From contig JABXKD010000077.1 of assembly GCA_013375475.1 (NCBI GenBank), forward strand, positions 1 to 16,925: a stretch of DNA of 16,925 nucleotides. The letters are read 5' to 3'. A model generated the notes under the pieces. It was given only the letters and a program-made list of their open reading frames with translations, was not told the origin of the DNA and did not search any database. The translations under genes and the position numbers were made by a program. The stretch comes from Promethearchaeota archaeon (lineage in GTDB: Archaea; Asgardarchaeota; Lokiarchaeia; Sigyniarchaeales; SOKP01). Shown here in pieces: positions 12,326 to 16,925 of the stretch (position 1 is its first letter; the number at the start of each line of letters is the position of its first letter).

Positions 12326-12472
12326 ATGACAAAACGTACTCTATCAAATAAAACTCGTACTTCTATTTTAAAAGTGTCGGGCTTTCGTGCTCGTATGGCA
12401 ACAGCTCAAGGAAGAAAAATAATACGAAATCGAAGAAAAAAAGGTCGAAAAAATTTAGCTATTCCAAGTTAA
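12326..12472 (+). CDS. rpl34: 50S ribosomal protein L34, 48 aa
   Basis: Manual translation [48 protein letters not shown]; GFRARM.T..GR..I..RR.KGR is the bL34 motif. Confidence 0.96.
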   Translation: MTKRTLSNKTRTSILKVSGFRARMATAQGRKIIRNRRKKGRKNLAIPS

Positions 12473-12480
12473 TTTAATAA

Positions 12481-12517
12481 ATTATTAGAGTTAATCAGTT
12501 TTGTTTACTCTAATAAT
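12481..12517 (+). terminator. Stem-loop after rpl34
   Basis: ATTATTAGAGT (12481-12491) / ACTCTAATAAT (12507-12517), a perfect 11-bp stem. Confidence 0.55.
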
Positions 12518-12585
12518 AAACAATTTTTTTATGTAAAATTAATATAATAGTAATTTATTAAATAGAATTTTGATCGAACGATTTT

Positions 12586-14079
12586 ATGAAATTTACCGAT
12601 GAATTAACACTCTTATTAAAAGCTAGGTATCCAATAATTTATATTAATACAATTGAAGAAGACCGCGTAGAGTATATTATTCGCAAATATATTAAAACAA
12701 GTTTGAATAGAAGTATTTATAGTTGGGATTTTATAGATGGCTATACAAATAACCCAAATAACGAAGGGTTTGCAAAACGAAATCCAGTACAAGCACTTGA
12801 ACTTGTTGAACGGTTAACCGCCCAAACACCTGCTGTATTTTTATTAAAAGATTTTAATAGATTTTTAACAGATGTTTCCATTTCAAGAAAATTAAAAAAT
12901 ATAAGTAGAATTCTAAAACTTCAACCAAAAACAATAATTATTATTGGATCAGAATTAAATATTCCAAAAGAATTATATGATTTAATTACAATTTTACAAT
13001 TTCAATTGCCCATTGAAAGTGAAATTAATTATGAATTAAAACGATTGATTGAGTCATTAAATATTGAAATTGATCAACAAGTCTTAGAAAGTTTAACAAG
13101 AGCATGCCAAGGTTTATCTCTTGAACGTATTAGACGTGTGTTATCAAAAATTATTGCAACTTATAAAACAATTGATGAAAATAGCATAAAACTTTTATTA
13201 AATGAAAAAAAACAGATTATCAGTCAAACAGAAATTTTAGAATATTGGTCAGCAAATGAAACAATTTCTAAAATTGGTGGGGTTGATAATTTAAAAAATT
13301 GGTTAAAAAAACGAAAAACCTCTTTCGGTATTCAAGCATCAAATTACGGATTGCCAACTCCACGTGGATTATTACTTGTCGGAATTCAAGGAACTGGAAA
13401 ATCTTTAACTGCTAAAGCTATTGCTACTGAATGGCAATTGCCCTTATTAAAATTAGATGTTGGAAAACTTTTTGGAGGAATTGTTGGTGAATCTGAATCT
13501 CGTCTTCGACAAATGATTGAAGTAGCAGAAACAATTTCGCCCTGTATTTTGTGGATTGATGAAATTGATAAAGCTTTTAGTAATACTACTAGTACAGGAG
13601 ATAGCGGTACTAGTAATCGTGTATTAGCAACGTTTATAAGTTGGTTATCAGAAAAAACAAAGCCAGTTTTTGTAGTTGCAACAGCAAATAATGTAGATCT
13701 TTTGCCATTAGAAATTATTCGAAAAGGTCGATTCGACGAAATTTTTTTTTTAGATTTACCGCAAAAGCAAGAGCGAGAACAAATTTTCAAAATTCATATT
13801 CAAGAATTTCGACCCAATCGTTGGGAATCTTTTGATTATTCAAAATTAGCGCAACTTTCTGAAGCATTTTCAGGTGCAGAAATTCGTCAAAGTATTATCG
13901 AAGCTATGTATCACGCTTTTTATGAAAAAAGAGAATTTACAACTGAAGATATTTGTTTAGCATTAACACAATTAATACCTCTTTCACAGTTAGAAAATAA
14001 TCAAACATTAAAGCTAAAAAATTGGGCAGTATCTGGCCGAATTCGCCTCGCTTCTTCAAAATCTATTTCTATCAATTAA
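12586..14079 (+). CDS. ycf46: Ycf46 AAA+ ATPase, 497 aa
   Basis: N-terminal LLKARYPIIY..T.EEDR; Walker A GIQGTGKS, pore loop GIVGESE, Walker B ILWIDE, second region of homology ATAN..LP.EIIRKGRFD. Confidence 0.95.
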   Translation: MKFTDELTLLLKARYPIIYINTIEEDRVEYIIRKYIKTSLNRSIYSWDFIDGYTNNPNNEGFAKRNPVQALELVERLTAQTPAVFLLKDFNRFLTDVSISRKLKNISRILKLQPKTIIIIGSELNIPKELYDLITILQFQLPIESEINYELKRLIESLNIEIDQQVLESLTRACQGLSLERIRRVLSKIIATYKTIDENSIKLLLNEKKQIISQTEILEYWSANETISKIGGVDNLKNWLKKRKTSFGIQASNYGLPTPRGLLLVGIQGTGKSLTAKAIATEWQLPLLKLDVGKLFGGIVGESESRLRQMIEVAETISPCILWIDEIDKAFSNTTSTGDSGTSNRVLATFISWLSEKTKPVFVVATANNVDLLPLEIIRKGRFDEIFFLDLPQKQEREQIFKIHIQEFRPNRWESFDYSKLAQLSEAFSGAEIRQSIIEAMYHAFYEKREFTTEDICLALTQLIPLSQLENNQTLKLKNWAVSGRIRLASSKSISIN

Positions 14080-14086
14080 AATTTTT

Positions 14087-15352
14087 ATGAAACAAAATGT
14101 TTTTAAATCAATAGCTGATTTAAGATTTGCTATCTTTATTTTATTAATGATTGCCGCTTTAAGTGTAATTGGAACCGTTATTGAGCAAGACCAATCCATT
14201 GAAACTTATAAATTAAATTACCCTTTAACGAATCGAGTTTTTGGGTTTTTATCATGGGATATCATTCTTCGATTTGGATTTGATCATATTTATAAAACAT
14301 GGTGGTTTATTACTCTTATTTTCTTATTTGGACTAAGCTTGTTAACTTGTACTTTATTACAACAATTTCCGTCTTTAAAAATTGCTCGCAGATGTCAATT
14401 TTTCCGAACAACTCAGCAATTTTGTCGATTAAATATTTCAACGAACTTACAACATCTTTCTTTTTCACAAATATTATTTAAAATAAAAGAAAATAACTAT
14501 TCTATCTTTCAACAAAAAAATATCATTTATTGTTATAAGGGTTTAATTGGACGAATAGCGCCTATTATTGTCCATTTTAGTATGATTATAATATTAATCG
14601 GAGCAATTATTGGTTCGGTAAGTGGATTTAAAGCTCAAGAGATTATACCTAAAACAGAAACGTTTCATATTCAAAATGTTTTAAATAATGGGCAATTTAC
14701 TTTGATTCCGAAAGTTTCGATACGAATAAATGATTTTTGGATTACCTATACTAAACAAACAACAATTACACAATTTTATTCTGATCTTTCAATTTTGAAT
14801 GTTGATGGTAATGAAATTAAACGAAAGACAATTTTCGTAAATTCTCCAGCAAAATATAATGGAATTGATTATTATCAAACGGATTGGAATATAATTGGCT
14901 TACGGATTAAAAATAAAGATTTTTCGGTTTTTCAATATCCATTCATAAATTTACCAGATACTAAAGAAAAACTTTGGTTAACGTGGATTTCAACTAGTCC
15001 TCAATTAAATGAGGGATTAACAATTTTAATTGATAATTTACAAGGATATTGCTCGGTTTATAATCAAGTTGGTACTTTTATAGGTAATTTAGAATTAAAC
15101 GAAAGTTTGAAAATTGAAAATTCAATTACATTAATGGATATTTTAAGTTCGACAGGCTTACAAATTAAAGCTGATCCTGGAATTTTATTAATCTATTTAG
15201 GATTTTTATTTTTAATGATTAGTACATTAATTAGTTATATTACTTATTCTCAAGTTTGGGTTGTTCAAGATAGAAAGAAAATTTTTATCGGGGGAAATAC
15301 AACAAGAGCAACTTTTGATTTCGAACTAGAATTTTTAAAATTAGTTAAATAA
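14087..15352 (+). CDS. ccs1: Cytochrome c biogenesis protein Ccs1 (Ycf44, ResB family), 421 aa
   Basis: DLRFAI..SVIGTVIEQ, Y.TWWF, CT..QQ.P.L, conserved His in PIIVHFSM, QFYSDLS, YQTDW, GLQIKADPG. Confidence 0.95.
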   Translation: MKQNVFKSIADLRFAIFILLMIAALSVIGTVIEQDQSIETYKLNYPLTNRVFGFLSWDIILRFGFDHIYKTWWFITLIFLFGLSLLTCTLLQQFPSLKIARRCQFFRTTQQFCRLNISTNLQHLSFSQILFKIKENNYSIFQQKNIIYCYKGLIGRIAPIIVHFSMIIILIGAIIGSVSGFKAQEIIPKTETFHIQNVLNNGQFTLIPKVSIRINDFWITYTKQTTITQFYSDLSILNVDGNEIKRKTIFVNSPAKYNGIDYYQTDWNIIGLRIKNKDFSVFQYPFINLPDTKEKLWLTWISTSPQLNEGLTILIDNLQGYCSVYNQVGTFIGNLELNESLKIENSITLMDILSSTGLQIKADPGILLIYLGFLFLMISTLISYITYSQVWVVQDRKKIFIGGNTTRATFDFELEFLKLVK

Positions 15353-15363
15353 TTAATTAAATT

Positions 15364-15392
15364 TTGTTTACAAAGTAAATTTGTTTTATAAT
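15364..15392 (+). promoter_or_regulatory. Putative psbA promoter
   Basis: TTGTTT (15364-15369), 17-nt spacer, TATAAT (15387-15392); 53 nt upstream of the ATG. Confidence 0.6.
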
Positions 15393-15397
15393 TATAG

Positions 15398-16528
<1,131 letters not shown>

Positions 16529-16558
16529 TTAGTTGTTTTTTTAGCACTTAATTGACAA

Positions 16559-16592
16559 AAAGACAAATCTAATTTTAATTAGATTTGTCTTT
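16559..16592 (+). terminator. psbA 3' stem-loop
   Basis: Perfect inverted repeat AAAGACAAATCTAATT-TT-AATTAGATTTGTCTTT, 30 nt after the stop codon. Confidence 0.8.
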
Positions 16593-16737
16593 CATTATTT
16601 ATTATTTAAAACTAAAACGAACAAATTAATAATTAATATTATTTATTAAATTAAATAATAAAATATAAATAGACGTTAAATATTAAACTAATACATTATA
16701 ATTAAAGTATAACATAAATGACAGGCAAGGAATTTTT

Positions 16738-16925
16738 ATGTCACATTTTACAAATTTGAAAACAAGTTTTAAAAATTTACTGCACTTGGAAAACGCATTA
16801 AATAAATTAGAGATTCCATATAAAAGAGAAAAAAAAGTAATTGAAGTGAATAACTCAAAACTCTACAATATTAATTTAGTAATTCCACAATCAAATAATT
16901 ATGATATTACGTTTGATTGGAATGG
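16738..16925 (+). CDS. ycf35: Ycf35 (DUF1257 family), 5' part; runs off the end of the window
   Basis: Manual translation [28 protein letters not shown]...[17 protein letters not shown], open to the window end. MSHF..KT and Q.N.YDI.F.WNG match Ycf35; SD-like AAGGA at 16727-16731. Confidence 0.9.
   Translation, partial: MSHFTNLKTSFKNLLHLENALNKLEIPYKREKKVIEVNNSKLYNINLVIPQSNNYDITFDWN

Noticed and set aside
16718-16759. Out-of-frame upstream mini-ORF ([13 protein letters not shown]) overlapping the ycf35 start
   Set aside because: It has no SD, whereas the ycf35 ATG has AAGGA at a proper spacing. Probably chance.

Overview
AT-rich plastid (chloroplast) DNA of a diatom, most likely Thalassiosirales, judged from gene content and order, ycf89 and the 360-aa D1. 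Gene order: psaF (3' part), psaJ, trnP(UGG, minus strand), ycf89, 16S rRNA, trnI(GAU), trnA(UGC), 23S rRNA, 5S rRNA, psbY, rpl32, trnL(UAG), rbcR, rpl21, rpl27, secA, rpl34, ycf46, ccs1, psbA, ycf35 (5' part). Everything except trnP is on the + strand. I see no introns, mobile elements, CRISPR arrays or foreign ORFs, and no clearly new multi-gene system: this is mostly core plastome, probably largely within the inverted repeat. The points most worth checking are a YGGT/Ycf19-like domain inside Ycf89, a Phe182Tyr change in D1, the Ycf46/Ycf35 pair, psbA leader motifs resembling land-plant ones, a palindrome cluster upstream of the rRNA promoter, and a three-arm alternative hairpin after rpl32.
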